A DNA stretch of 64,000 nucleotides from an uncultured virus (IMG/VR IMGVR_UViG_3300028179_000157). Its lineage: Duplodnaviria; Heunggongvirae; Uroviricota; Caudoviricetes. Position 1 is the first letter of the stretch. Each line of letters opens with the position of its first letter. Shown here in pieces: positions 56,079 through 64,000 of this stretch. Both the position numbers and the translations under genes were made by a program. Where the stretch lies: IMG/VR virus record IMGVR_UViG_3300028179_000157. One strand, given 5' to 3'. The notes beneath the pieces are model-generated. The model worked only from the letters and a program-made list of their open reading frames with translations, searched no databases and was not told where the DNA came from.

Positions 56079-57611
56079 GTGGATCAGCTCAATTACGCGA
56101 TGCGCATTGATGTCTACACGCATTACGTGAAAGCAACCAAGTTTGACACCATGGGCAAGACGGCGCTCTTTGAGTTCGCCATCGCCCAAGGTATCCGCGG
56201 ATGGAAGCCCATCGGTCGCGGTAAGTCAGTCCAGTGCATTACGTCGATCTTCGCTGCGGCGACCAAGGATCGATCAGAGTTCCGTTTCCACATCAACCAT
56301 TTCGAAGCGCTGAAGCGCCACCTGATTGCTCACGACATCGGTCCGAACAAGATCGAATTCGTCCAGCATGGGGAATACATCCCGGCGATCGCGAACTTCG
56401 TCAAGATTTCGGATAAGAGCCTGTTTGATTATCAGGTTCCTCTCCATGAGTATTTCATCGCCCCAGGTAAGACAAAGGTCGTCACCCTCCAGACTGGTAA
56501 GGGTAAGACGATGCTGTTCCTGGAGTCGGTGTACAAGATCCAGAAGCGGGTGATCTTAATCATCCGTCCCAAGTTCATCGACAAGTGGATCCTTGACTTC
56601 CGTGAGATGTTCAAGGAGACCGACACGTCGCTGGCTGTTATCCGGGGCGGTGGGCCGCTGTCTAACATGCTGCAGGCCTGCGTTGACGGCACCTTCGACG
56701 TCGACTTCACGATCATCTCCAACAAGACCTATCAGCTCTGGCTGAAGGACTACGAACACACGCGTGGTCAGTCCGGGGAGTATCCGCTCAACCCTGACAT
56801 GCTGTGCGAGGCAACCAAGGCTGGCGTCATAGCCGTGGACGAGGTGCATCTGGACTTCCATCTGAACTACAAGATGGACCTGTACACCCACGGCGCCAAG
56901 TCGATGAACATGTCGGCTACGTTGGTCAGCGGCAACCCGAAGATCACCGAGATGTATCAGGTCAAGTTCCCGAAGTTGGAACGATCACCTGAGATCGAAT
57001 ACGACAAGTACATCGCAGTGTCCGCTCTGTCCTACACCCTGCTCTCACAGAAGGGGATGCGCTACAAGCGCAGCATGGGCTACTCGCACACCGCGTACGA
57101 AGAATCGATCATGAAGGACAAGGAGCGCTTGCGCAACTACCTCTCCATGATCGCAGGTATCACCAAGACGACTTACGTCAATCGCATGGTGACTGGCCAG
57201 AAGATGCTGATCTTCGCATCCACCGTTGAGATGTGCACACTGATCACCAAGTTCATCGAACCGATGTTCCCCGATCAGAAGGTGAATCGCTACGTGGGTG
57301 AGGACGACTACAGCGATCTGCACACCGCAGATATCGTGGTCAGTACCATCCAGTCGGCAGGTACAGCGGTTGACGTTGACGGACTGTGGATTGTGTTGAT
57401 GACTGACTCGATTGACTCGATCCAGTCCAACCTGCAGGTTCTCGGTCGTCTGCGCAAGATGAAGGGTAAGTTCCTCGGCATCACGCCGGAGTTCTACTAC
57501 CTGTTCTGTAATCAAGTCGAAAAGCAAGTCCAGTATCACATGAACAAGTTGGAGCATTTCTCCGGCCGCGTAATTGGACACAGAACCTTGCTTACCTCCT
57601 ACAAGGTGTAA
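56079..57611 (+). CDS. Superfamily 2 helicase (phiKZ gp75-like)
   Basis: QTGKGKT, DEVH, SAT, GTAVD, QVLGRLR; GGAG before GTG 56079. Confidence 0.92.
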   Translation: MDQLNYAMRIDVYTHYVKATKFDTMGKTALFEFAIAQGIRGWKPIGRGKSVQCITSIFAAATKDRSEFRFHINHFEALKRHLIAHDIGPNKIEFVQHGEYIPAIANFVKISDKSLFDYQVPLHEYFIAPGKTKVVTLQTGKGKTMLFLESVYKIQKRVILIIRPKFIDKWILDFREMFKETDTSLAVIRGGGPLSNMLQACVDGTFDVDFTIISNKTYQLWLKDYEHTRGQSGEYPLNPDMLCEATKAGVIAVDEVHLDFHLNYKMDLYTHGAKSMNMSATLVSGNPKITEMYQVKFPKLERSPEIEYDKYIAVSALSYTLLSQKGMRYKRSMGYSHTAYEESIMKDKERLRNYLSMIAGITKTTYVNRMVTGQKMLIFASTVEMCTLITKFIEPMFPDQKVNRYVGEDDYSDLHTADIVVSTIQSAGTAVDVDGLWIVLMTDSIDSIQSNLQVLGRLRKMKGKFLGITPEFYYLFCNQVEKQVQYHMNKLEHFSGRVIGHRTLLTSYKV

Positions 57612-57612
57612 C

Positions 57613-58248
57613 ATGGAATCGAACGAAGAGCGTGTCTTAGTGTACGCTGACCAGATCCGGGGTGGCGTCAACCACCCCGGCGTAGCTGCCCACACTCCGG
57701 CAGAGAAAGACTGGCGCTACTACATGGACGAATGTCAGGATACCGAGAAGGCCTGGCTGACCATCCATGCAAAGCACTACCAGCCCCGCTGGATGGCTAT
57801 CCTGATCCACAAGCCGCGTCTGTCAACGATCGCCACCGTCTGGAGTGAAGACCGGATGGTGAAAGAAGAGTGGCGTCAGGGCAACCGTGCCCAGGATCTG
57901 CTGACTGGCATCAAGCGTGCACTGACTGGCATGTGCTACATGCTTGGTCCGGACACCACGATGAAGATGATGAACATCAACGGTCGCGCCTTCATCACTG
58001 CCGCTCTGGCTTCGTTGGACATGGAAGCATCTCCGCATGAGAACCCGGCGCTGAACATGCTGGCGGCAATCATGGCAGACGCTTCGTGCGAGCTGTATCC
58101 GACCGACCCGCGTTGTGGCTACATCCACCTGTGCGGTCAGGTAGGCGTCCCGTTCCGCTTCCTCAGCGCTATCATGCCCATCGTTGATGAGTACTTCGAA
58201 GCGCGCGATGAAGCTGTGGCCGAAGGCTACCAAGAACTTAGTTCGTAA
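57613..58248 (+). CDS. Hypothetical protein (211 aa)
   Basis: AAGGTG RBS; abuts the helicase stop codon. Confidence 0.72.
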   Translation: MESNEERVLVYADQIRGGVNHPGVAAHTPAEKDWRYYMDECQDTEKAWLTIHAKHYQPRWMAILIHKPRLSTIATVWSEDRMVKEEWRQGNRAQDLLTGIKRALTGMCYMLGPDTTMKMMNINGRAFITAALASLDMEASPHENPALNMLAAIMADASCELYPTDPRCGYIHLCGQVGVPFRFLSAIMPIVDEYFEARDEAVAEGYQELSS

Positions 58249-58315
58249 GAACATAAAGCCCCTCCCGTCTTGGGAGGGGCGATATGCTGTTAATCAACCA
58301 AGGAGCAACACAAAG

Positions 58316-59488
58316 ATGTCGATGTCACATGAAGCAATTGCCCTGCGTGGTAGCTTGATCCGCTTGCAGGCGATCGTTGGTATCATTCTCGAAGCCGGTG
58401 CACAGATCAACGAAGAGCACGTGCAGGAGCTGTCCAAGTACATCGGTGAGCTCGGGTTTGTCAACGAGAGCTTCCAATACGAGCGCGTCATCTCGCTGAT
58501 CAACACGGGCAATTACGAAAGCTACGCTCGCCCGCCGAATGAACTGATTGATGCAATGGCTGCTCGCGTGAGCAACTCCAACGTCGCCGGCGTTCTCTCG
58601 GCCGCGCAGTCCCTGAAGAAGATCACCACGCCCAAGGAGTACAAGAAGGTTGATTTTGCCGAGGTCATTGCAAGGCAGAAAGCTTCTTCCGCAGAACAGG
58701 TCTACGAGCGTACCCGTGACCTGATGCTGTACTTCCGCGATGATGCCCAGAAGAGCCACCCTGCCAATCCGGCGCTGGCTTTGCGTCACGCCGTCCAACT
58801 GACGGAGAACGAACTGCGCAAGGAGTTCGATGGAATCTGCAAAGTCATGCTTCGCGTTACGGACGGTACGGCAACGGTTATCATCAACCTGGATGAGCCG
58901 GGGGTCGGTCAACACCCGCCGCGTGAAGTGAACTACGACTACACCTACGCTGAAGGCAGTGTCATCAGCCAGATCGTCAAGGAGGCCAAGCATCTTCTTG
59001 CTACTGGGTTTGTTCAGGGCTGCAGGCAGTGGCCTGATAACCGGCTCTTGGCTGCGCACATGACTGTCAATGGGACCAGCGGTGTGCTCAACCTGCGCGG
59101 CGAGCGTCACTATGTCTACCGCATCAATCTGGTGGAGGACACCGGTGAGGTGCTACTGAAGGTTACCGATCGAGCGGGCAACGTCATTGGTGAACAGATC
59201 GTCGGTGACCTGCTCAACAAGAAGTACGCTCACCTCGAAGCTCCAGTTCGACAAATGGCGGAGCAGCTCATCAACAGCACCGAGCTCCCTACGTACGAGG
59301 AGTGCGTCGCTATCGAGCATGACCTGCGCGCCATGTACCTCAATTTCATTCACCCGAAGTTGCGCGACATCTCCGAGGTCGAGATCAAGACGTTCAAGTA
59401 CGCGGCAAATGGGCGCCCGTTCTTCATGGTGGCCATCGATTCCACCGACCTGGAACATGAGATCGTATTCCCGGTCTACATGGAGTAA
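58316..59488 (+). CDS. Hypothetical protein (~390 aa)
   Basis: AAGGAG RBS; flanked by CATA-hairpin-TATG elements (58251-58287, 59492-59530). Confidence 0.75.
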   Translation: MSMSHEAIALRGSLIRLQAIVGIILEAGAQINEEHVQELSKYIGELGFVNESFQYERVISLINTGNYESYARPPNELIDAMAARVSNSNVAGVLSAAQSLKKITTPKEYKKVDFAEVIARQKASSAEQVYERTRDLMLYFRDDAQKSHPANPALALRHAVQLTENELRKEFDGICKVMLRVTDGTATVIINLDEPGVGQHPPREVNYDYTYAEGSVISQIVKEAKHLLATGFVQGCRQWPDNRLLAAHMTVNGTSGVLNLRGERHYVYRINLVEDTGEVLLKVTDRAGNVIGEQIVGDLLNKKYAHLEAPVRQMAEQLINSTELPTYEECVAIEHDLRAMYLNFIHPKLRDISEVEIKTFKYAANGRPFFMVAIDSTDLEHEIVFPVYME

Positions 59489-59529
59489 GCGGACATACTC
59501 CCCCTCCCGGTTGGGAGGGGGAGCTATGC

Positions 59530-59991
59530 CTATCTCTTTTTCTTTGTCCCGATTACGATATCGGTTTCGAAGGGTAACGGATCAAGGTAGTGATACATCA
59601 AAGGACGGATCATGTCCTCGTAGTTCAAGTGCCCATTACCGCAACCCAAGGGGACCATGGCCATGTCACTGATCCCCATCTGTTCATGCTTGTCTCTCAA
59701 GCGGATCAAGTTAGCCTCGATCCAGTCGTAGCGTGACGGGCTACCCCACCATTGCTTGGTGGGAAAGAGCAAGACTTGTCGACCTTCCCCGAAGGGATAC
59801 AGATACATCTTGTCAATGGACAAGGCCTTAGCCTTGAACAACTTCATGTAGAACTCGTAGAGACCTGGGATAGACTCACGCAGACTCAGCGCAACTCCAG
59901 CCCCCATAGCACCTGTGGTATTGATGGTACACACGAGCGTTTGACGCGGGGACGCCGAAACGTCCCCTACCAGTTCCTGTACGATCGGCAT
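59530..59991 (-). CDS. Macrodomain ADP-ribose glycohydrolase, DarG/TARG1-like (153 aa)
   Basis: GDV, TINTTGAMGAGVA, LFPTKQWW, PLGCGNGHL motifs. Confidence 0.85.
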   Translation of the reverse strand: MPIVQELVGDVSASPRQTLVCTINTTGAMGAGVALSLRESIPGLYEFYMKLFKAKALSIDKMYLYPFGEGRQVLLFPTKQWWGSPSRYDWIEANLIRLRDKHEQMGISDMAMVPLGCGNGHLNYEDMIRPLMYHYLDPLPFETDIVIGTKKKR

Positions 59992-60524
59992 TATCGACCA
60001 CTCTTCCCGTCGGTGGCTTCACGTGCTGCAGCTTCGGCAGCAGCCTGCAGCTTAGCTTGTCGCTCCAACCAATCCGCGTTGCTCTTGAACATGATCTCCG
60101 TTTCCCGCCGACTGAGTAAGACGAACTCGCTCCACGACACCCCATACCGGTCCTTGATCCCGTTGATCATGTACCGATACATCTTGTGCTCAAGCGGGCC
60201 GTAAGACCCGTATTGCTCTTTGGGGTGCATGGCAACAGCAGCCATGGGGCGAAGATCTACATCCCCCGTCTCTTCAGTGTAGCGAGAGTCGTGGTAGAAG
60301 ATCCCGTAGTAGTCGTCGTACTCCTCCATGCACATCAACTGCACTGACATGGAGTCAACTTCCGAACTGACCGTAGCCAGCAGGTTGTTGTGCGGACCTA
60401 GATCGTTGACCTTATCCAACCCGAAACGATCAAAGACTACATGACCGTTCGGGTCTTCTTGTTCAAGGTCTACATCACAGAGGCGGAAATCGCCTTCGCT
60501 GTGCGCTGGCCGAGGAGCGTGAAA
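59991..60524 (-). CDS. C-terminal extension ORF reached by -1 frameshift (tail/baseplate assembly chaperone GT-like; phiKZ gp76-like)
   Basis: Frame is open back through the slippery heptamer; no good independent start; IKDRYGVSWSEFVLL motif. Confidence 0.6.
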   Translation of the reverse strand, partial: FHAPRPAHSEGDFRLCDVDLEQEDPNGHVVFDRFGLDKVNDLGPHNNLLATVSSEVDSMSVQLMCMEEYDDYYGIFYHDSRYTEETGDVDLRPMAAVAMHPKEQYGSYGPLEHKMYRYMINGIKDRYGVSWSEFVLLSRRETEIMFKSNADWLERQAKLQAAAEAAAREATDGKSGR

Positions 60525-62176
60525 AAAAGTCGTGTCACGTCGAGCGGCAGCAGGCGCGGATGCTTGGAGCCTTCCACGGTCTGCGGGGCGGAACAGACAC
60601 GGCAGTTGTAGCGCGGGATCGCCACCATTGCCACGGTCACCGAGTCGATGAACTTCTGCACGCCTTCGGTGAAGCGCTCCACCACGTCCTGGCGGCTGGA
60701 GATTTCGCCGAGCAGTTCGACGAACGATTCACGCACGTCATCCTGGTCATCTTCTTCCGGGTTGAAGGTGAGCACACCTGCAACTTCTTCTTCCTTGTTC
60801 TTGAAGATGATGCGCTTGACCCAGTGGCTGTACTGACGAGCGGTGGCCATGCGGGACTGCGCCATGATGTACTGGTCGCGTTCCTGCCCTTCCAGGGCGG
60901 TGCCGAAGGCCGCGTCCACGCGCTCTTCGATGGAGTTGATCCATTCGAAGGAGGACTTCTCGTACAGCTCCACCGTGGGGACGGCGAACTCGACGTAGAT
61001 GTCATCGCTGATGGCGCACAGCGCGGTTTCGGCGTAGGAGTGGCTGTTGACGTACTCGGTCAGCTCTGCGTCGTTGCTCTTCTGCGTACGACGGGCCATC
61101 AGCTTGCGCTGGCTCTGGCTCAGTGCACGACGGTCCACGAAGAGCAGGCGCGAGAGGTTCAGCACTTCTTCTTCGATGTGCTGGCACTGGCCGGTGTGGT
61201 TGGTGCACGGACGGGCCAGCGGGTAGCCGTTGGGGTTGTTGATCAGACCCAGCTGCAGCATGAGCAGCGGGATATCGGTGATCAGCATCTTCTGCTTGAT
61301 CGATGCCGGGGAGATGTCCTTCAGCGTGCTGTCGTACATCTTGCTGATGGCGAAGTTCGTCACCGTCAGCTGATGGTAGACGTTGTTGGCCGAGAAGGCC
61401 AAGCCGCCGGAGACACGACCCAGGGAGATCTTGCTGTTGCCCAGCTGCTGTTCCAGTTCCAGCATCTCGCCTTCACCCGGCGCCTGCAGCGACACCCAGA
61501 AGCCGGAGTGCCACATCGGTGCCTGTGCCAGCGAACCCACGCCCAGACGCGCCTTCAGGCGGCTCTTGGCTTCTTCGCCGGAGACACGGCCGTTGGTGGT
61601 GGAGTTGCCGCCGGTGGCGATCGGACGGCCGATGGCCAGCTCTTCGCCGTTGTGGTCAACAGTCTGCTGCCAGTCCGAGCCTTCGCGACTCAGGGCACGG
61701 CTGCCGTACTGACCGGTGGGCATCAGGCGCGAACCACGAGCAGCACCTTCCAGCCAGCGGATGATTTCCGGCGTCGGGGTGAGGTTGAGGTTGCCCATGC
61801 TTTCACCGACCGGAGCGAACTCCTCGGCGGTCTGGTTCAGGGACCACAGGTGGAAGCCCTTCTCCATGTCCTGCGCTTCGGCTTCGGTGGCCAGCGGACG
61901 GGTGACCGGACGGGTGAGGGTCACGGTCTTGCTCGGCGGCACGGCTTCCGAGCGCTTGGGCTGAACGCGACGCGCGGCGTCGGCGGCGAGCACACGTTCC
62001 TGCTTGCCGATCGGGGTCTCGACATTGGTCGCCGGGTCTTCGACGGAAGGCGGGTCAGCCGGGGTACGATCATGGTTCACGAACGTGCGCGGGTCGTCAA
62101 CCGGGATCGCTGCCGCCTCGACGGGCGTTTCCACGGGTGGCTGGTCGTCGATGTTCTCGTTGGGATCCTGCGTCAC
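60470..62176 (-). CDS. Conserved protein (phiKZ gp77-like, 568 aa), probable tail/baseplate assembly chaperone
   Basis: AGGAG RBS; PMWHSGFWV, PNGY...PC....C, IPRYNCRVC, C-terminal RLFFTL over a T TTT TTC site. Confidence 0.65.
   Translation of the reverse strand: MTQDPNENIDDQPPVETPVEAAAIPVDDPRTFVNHDRTPADPPSVEDPATNVETPIGKQERVLAADAARRVQPKRSEAVPPSKTVTLTRPVTRPLATEAEAQDMEKGFHLWSLNQTAEEFAPVGESMGNLNLTPTPEIIRWLEGAARGSRLMPTGQYGSRALSREGSDWQQTVDHNGEELAIGRPIATGGNSTTNGRVSGEEAKSRLKARLGVGSLAQAPMWHSGFWVSLQAPGEGEMLELEQQLGNSKISLGRVSGGLAFSANNVYHQLTVTNFAISKMYDSTLKDISPASIKQKMLITDIPLLMLQLGLINNPNGYPLARPCTNHTGQCQHIEEEVLNLSRLLFVDRRALSQSQRKLMARRTQKSNDAELTEYVNSHSYAETALCAISDDIYVEFAVPTVELYEKSSFEWINSIEERVDAAFGTALEGQERDQYIMAQSRMATARQYSHWVKRIIFKNKEEEVAGVLTFNPEEDDQDDVRESFVELLGEISSRQDVVERFTEGVQKFIDSVTVAMVAIPRYNCRVCSAPQTVEGSKHPRLLPLDVTRLFFTLLGQRTAKAISASVM
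60476..60527 (-). other. Programmed -1 ribosomal frameshift signal (slippery heptamer plus 3' hairpin)
   Basis: In-phase T TTT TTC at 60527-60521; hairpin CACAG.cga.AGGCG-ATTTC-CGCCT.CTGTG at 60503-60476. Confidence 0.7.
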
Positions 62177-62712
62177 TGCTCGTTCTCCTGTTGCGGGGTT
62201 TCGGCTGCTTCGGTGGCCGCTGCACTGGCCTTCAGCTCGTCACGGGTTTCCTGGTCGTAGTAGCCCAGCGTGTGCACGATGTTGGGCATCACGATGCGCG
62301 TGTGGCGACCTTGCCAGTCGGCGTACTTCTCGCCGATGTCGATGACCTGGATGGTTTCGTCACCGGTCATGCGCGGACGGCTGGTGGCACGCACGCGCTT
62401 GGTGACGGTGTTGCTGAACTCCACGTGTTCCTTGCGGATCGAGTCCAGCTCGTTGCGGAAGGTGCGGCTGTCCTGGCTGACGACCTGAGCCACCTTGACC
62501 AGAGCGGGGCGATCTTCGACCGGCACCTGACGCAGGGCGTCCTTGTTGCGCAGGATCTGCGAGATCGGCAACACCTGTGCCAGCTGTTCTTCGCAGCCGG
62601 AGTAGACTTCATCCAGCTCGCGCAGGGACTGTGCAGTCACGTCACGATCACGGCCAGCCTTGTAGGGGCGACGGGCGCCAGTGTTCTTGCGGTTCTTGTT
62701 GCTTACGGGCAT
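62173..62712 (-). CDS. Hypothetical helical protein (179 aa; start moved to ATG 62712)
   Basis: GGAG upstream; ATGA overlap with the gp77-like gene; basic N-terminus. Confidence 0.72.
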   Translation of the reverse strand: MPVSNKNRKNTGARRPYKAGRDRDVTAQSLRELDEVYSGCEEQLAQVLPISQILRNKDALRQVPVEDRPALVKVAQVVSQDSRTFRNELDSIRKEHVEFSNTVTKRVRATSRPRMTGDETIQVIDIGEKYADWQGRHTRIVMPNIVHTLGYYDQETRDELKASAAATEAAETPQQENEQ

Positions 62713-62810
62713 GTCTTTATCCACTCCGGGGATATGTATGTCAAAAACGAATTGCAGCCTTTTCATATAAAGGCTGGTGTGTGTACTATTTAACCGAAAA
62801 GGAGATTTGC

Positions 62811-63638
62811 ATGTCTGGTCTACTGACTGGCATTGCTCAGCTGGGTTGCTCCCCTGAGCGGGTGTTGTTGCTGGAACGCGTCCAAGACGTGCTGGCTGCT
62901 GTGGGCTTCACGGATATCGAAACTGAAGTGGAGAATGTCTACTTCAGCGGACAGGAAGTGGAGACGCATGTGTTGATCGAACTGATCGACAATCTCTTCC
63001 ACGGTTACCTCGACAGTTCCATCAAACAGCAGGGCGTGTTCACTCGCGACGACGCCAGCATGGAACAGAAGGTGATCCTGCTGGAAGACCTGCAACGCTT
63101 CGCCAACTTCGACAGCCCGCAGTTCTTCATCGAGCAGATGGACCTGGACGCCTCCGATACCGAGCGCCTGTGCGCTGGTCTGGATATCGTTGGCCAGTGG
63201 ACTGCAGACCAGTATCTGGAGTTCATCGTCCACGTCAACAAGGGCTTGATCGATCGCATCCGTTCGTTCACCTCCGAAGTGGTCTCCACCGAGTCCGACG
63301 ACAGTGCTGAGCTTGCTCGCGGTCGTCTGCGTATCCGTGGGTTCACCGAGACCTTCGGTAGCAACATGGTCGCAGAGCTGATCCGTGAGGGCTACAGCTG
63401 CGGTAACGACTACACCCTGTACTTGCACCAGCTGCGCGAACTGCTGCCTCAGCTGAGCGATCAGGATCTTTCCAAGAACATGGTGGCAGTAATGCTGGCC
63501 AGCTCCTTGCCGAAGGAACTGGTGCTCTCCACCGCGCTGGAAGAAATCGAACATCTTGATCTGCCGCTGTTGCGCGTGAGTGCAATCAACGGTCTGGTCG
63601 CAAAGACCTACGGGGATTTCATCAATGCTCAAGCGTGA
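62811..63638 (+). CDS. Conserved protein (phiKZ gp79-like, 275 aa; start moved to ATG 62811)
   Basis: AAGGAG RBS; directly precedes the gp80-like vRNAP subunit. Confidence 0.6.
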   Translation: MSGLLTGIAQLGCSPERVLLLERVQDVLAAVGFTDIETEVENVYFSGQEVETHVLIELIDNLFHGYLDSSIKQQGVFTRDDASMEQKVILLEDLQRFANFDSPQFFIEQMDLDASDTERLCAGLDIVGQWTADQYLEFIVHVNKGLIDRIRSFTSEVVSTESDDSAELARGRLRIRGFTETFGSNMVAELIREGYSCGNDYTLYLHQLRELLPQLSDQDLSKNMVAVMLASSLPKELVLSTALEEIEHLDLPLLRVSAINGLVAKTYGDFINAQA

Positions 63639-64000
63639 CTATTTCCTCCTCGCCATGAACAGCGGGGCATACCGCTGGAAGGCGTGGACGATCGAAGCGT
63701 TCGCTGTCACCAACCTTGCCGCCAAGGATCAGAACCGCAAGGCTGACCCGTGGACCGACCCGGAAGGTGCAAAGCAGCCTGGTGGCTATCCGTGTTCGCT
63801 GTTCTGCGAAGGCGATGTGGTGTGGTTCCATCATCCGGAAAGCGGCGAGCGCATTGTCATCGAAGACATCAAGCCGATGACCCAGCCGTTCAACTTCATG
63901 GACGAACTGGAGATCACCCCGGATGAAGTACCGAACCTGGACAAGGCAACCGTCACCACCTACGGCAACCTGCTGTTCAACTTCAACGTGTTCGTCTACG
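63625..64000 (+). CDS. Virion RNA polymerase beta' fragment (phiKZ gp80-like), 3'-truncated; absent from the ORF track
   Basis: Manual translation MLKRDYFLLAMNSGAYRWKAWTIEAFAV...VPNLDKATVTTYGNLLFN; open to the window end; synteny. Confidence 0.75.
   Translation, partial: MLKRDYFLLAMNSGAYRWKAWTIEAFAVTNLAAKDQNRKADPWTDPEGAKQPGGYPCSLFCEGDVVWFHHPESGERIVIEDIKPMTQPFNFMDELEITPDEVPNLDKATVTTYGNLLFNFNVFVY

Noticed and set aside
1543..62260. Many long antisense ORFs (e.g. 1543-2859, 8543-11044, 11966-13732, 16561-19134, 34925-36706, 46441-48516, 53968-55941, 60560-62260)
   Set aside because: In-register shadows of genes with strong C/G-ending codon bias; V/H/Q/D-rich, with no motifs or RBS.

Overview
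This window is a segment of a high-GC, nucleus-forming phiKZ-like jumbo phage (Chimalliviridae). From left to right it holds: (1) the virion RNA polymerase beta/beta' block and prohead protease; (2) a ~590-nt, densely base-paired non-coding RNA; (3) the tail block (three reverse-strand virion proteins, sheath, tube); (4) small early membrane-protein genes and the terminase large subunit; (5) accessory genes and a tandem array of paralogous small ORFs; (6) the family B DNA polymerase, chimallin and the non-virion RNA polymerase subunits, interleaved with an SbcD-like nuclease, ChmC, PicA/Imp1 (frameshifted here) and an SF2 helicase; (7) a macrodomain gene, a tail-chaperone-like gene pair joined by a perfect -1 slippery site, and the start of another virion RNAP subunit. 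Best novelty candidates are the large structured RNA at 4545-5135 (helix order and two motifs recall RNase P/MRP), the programmed -1 frameshift at 60521-60527, and a recurrent hairpin+TATG terminator-like element. phiKZ gp numbers come from recalled motifs and synteny, not from a database search. RNA pairings were found by eye.
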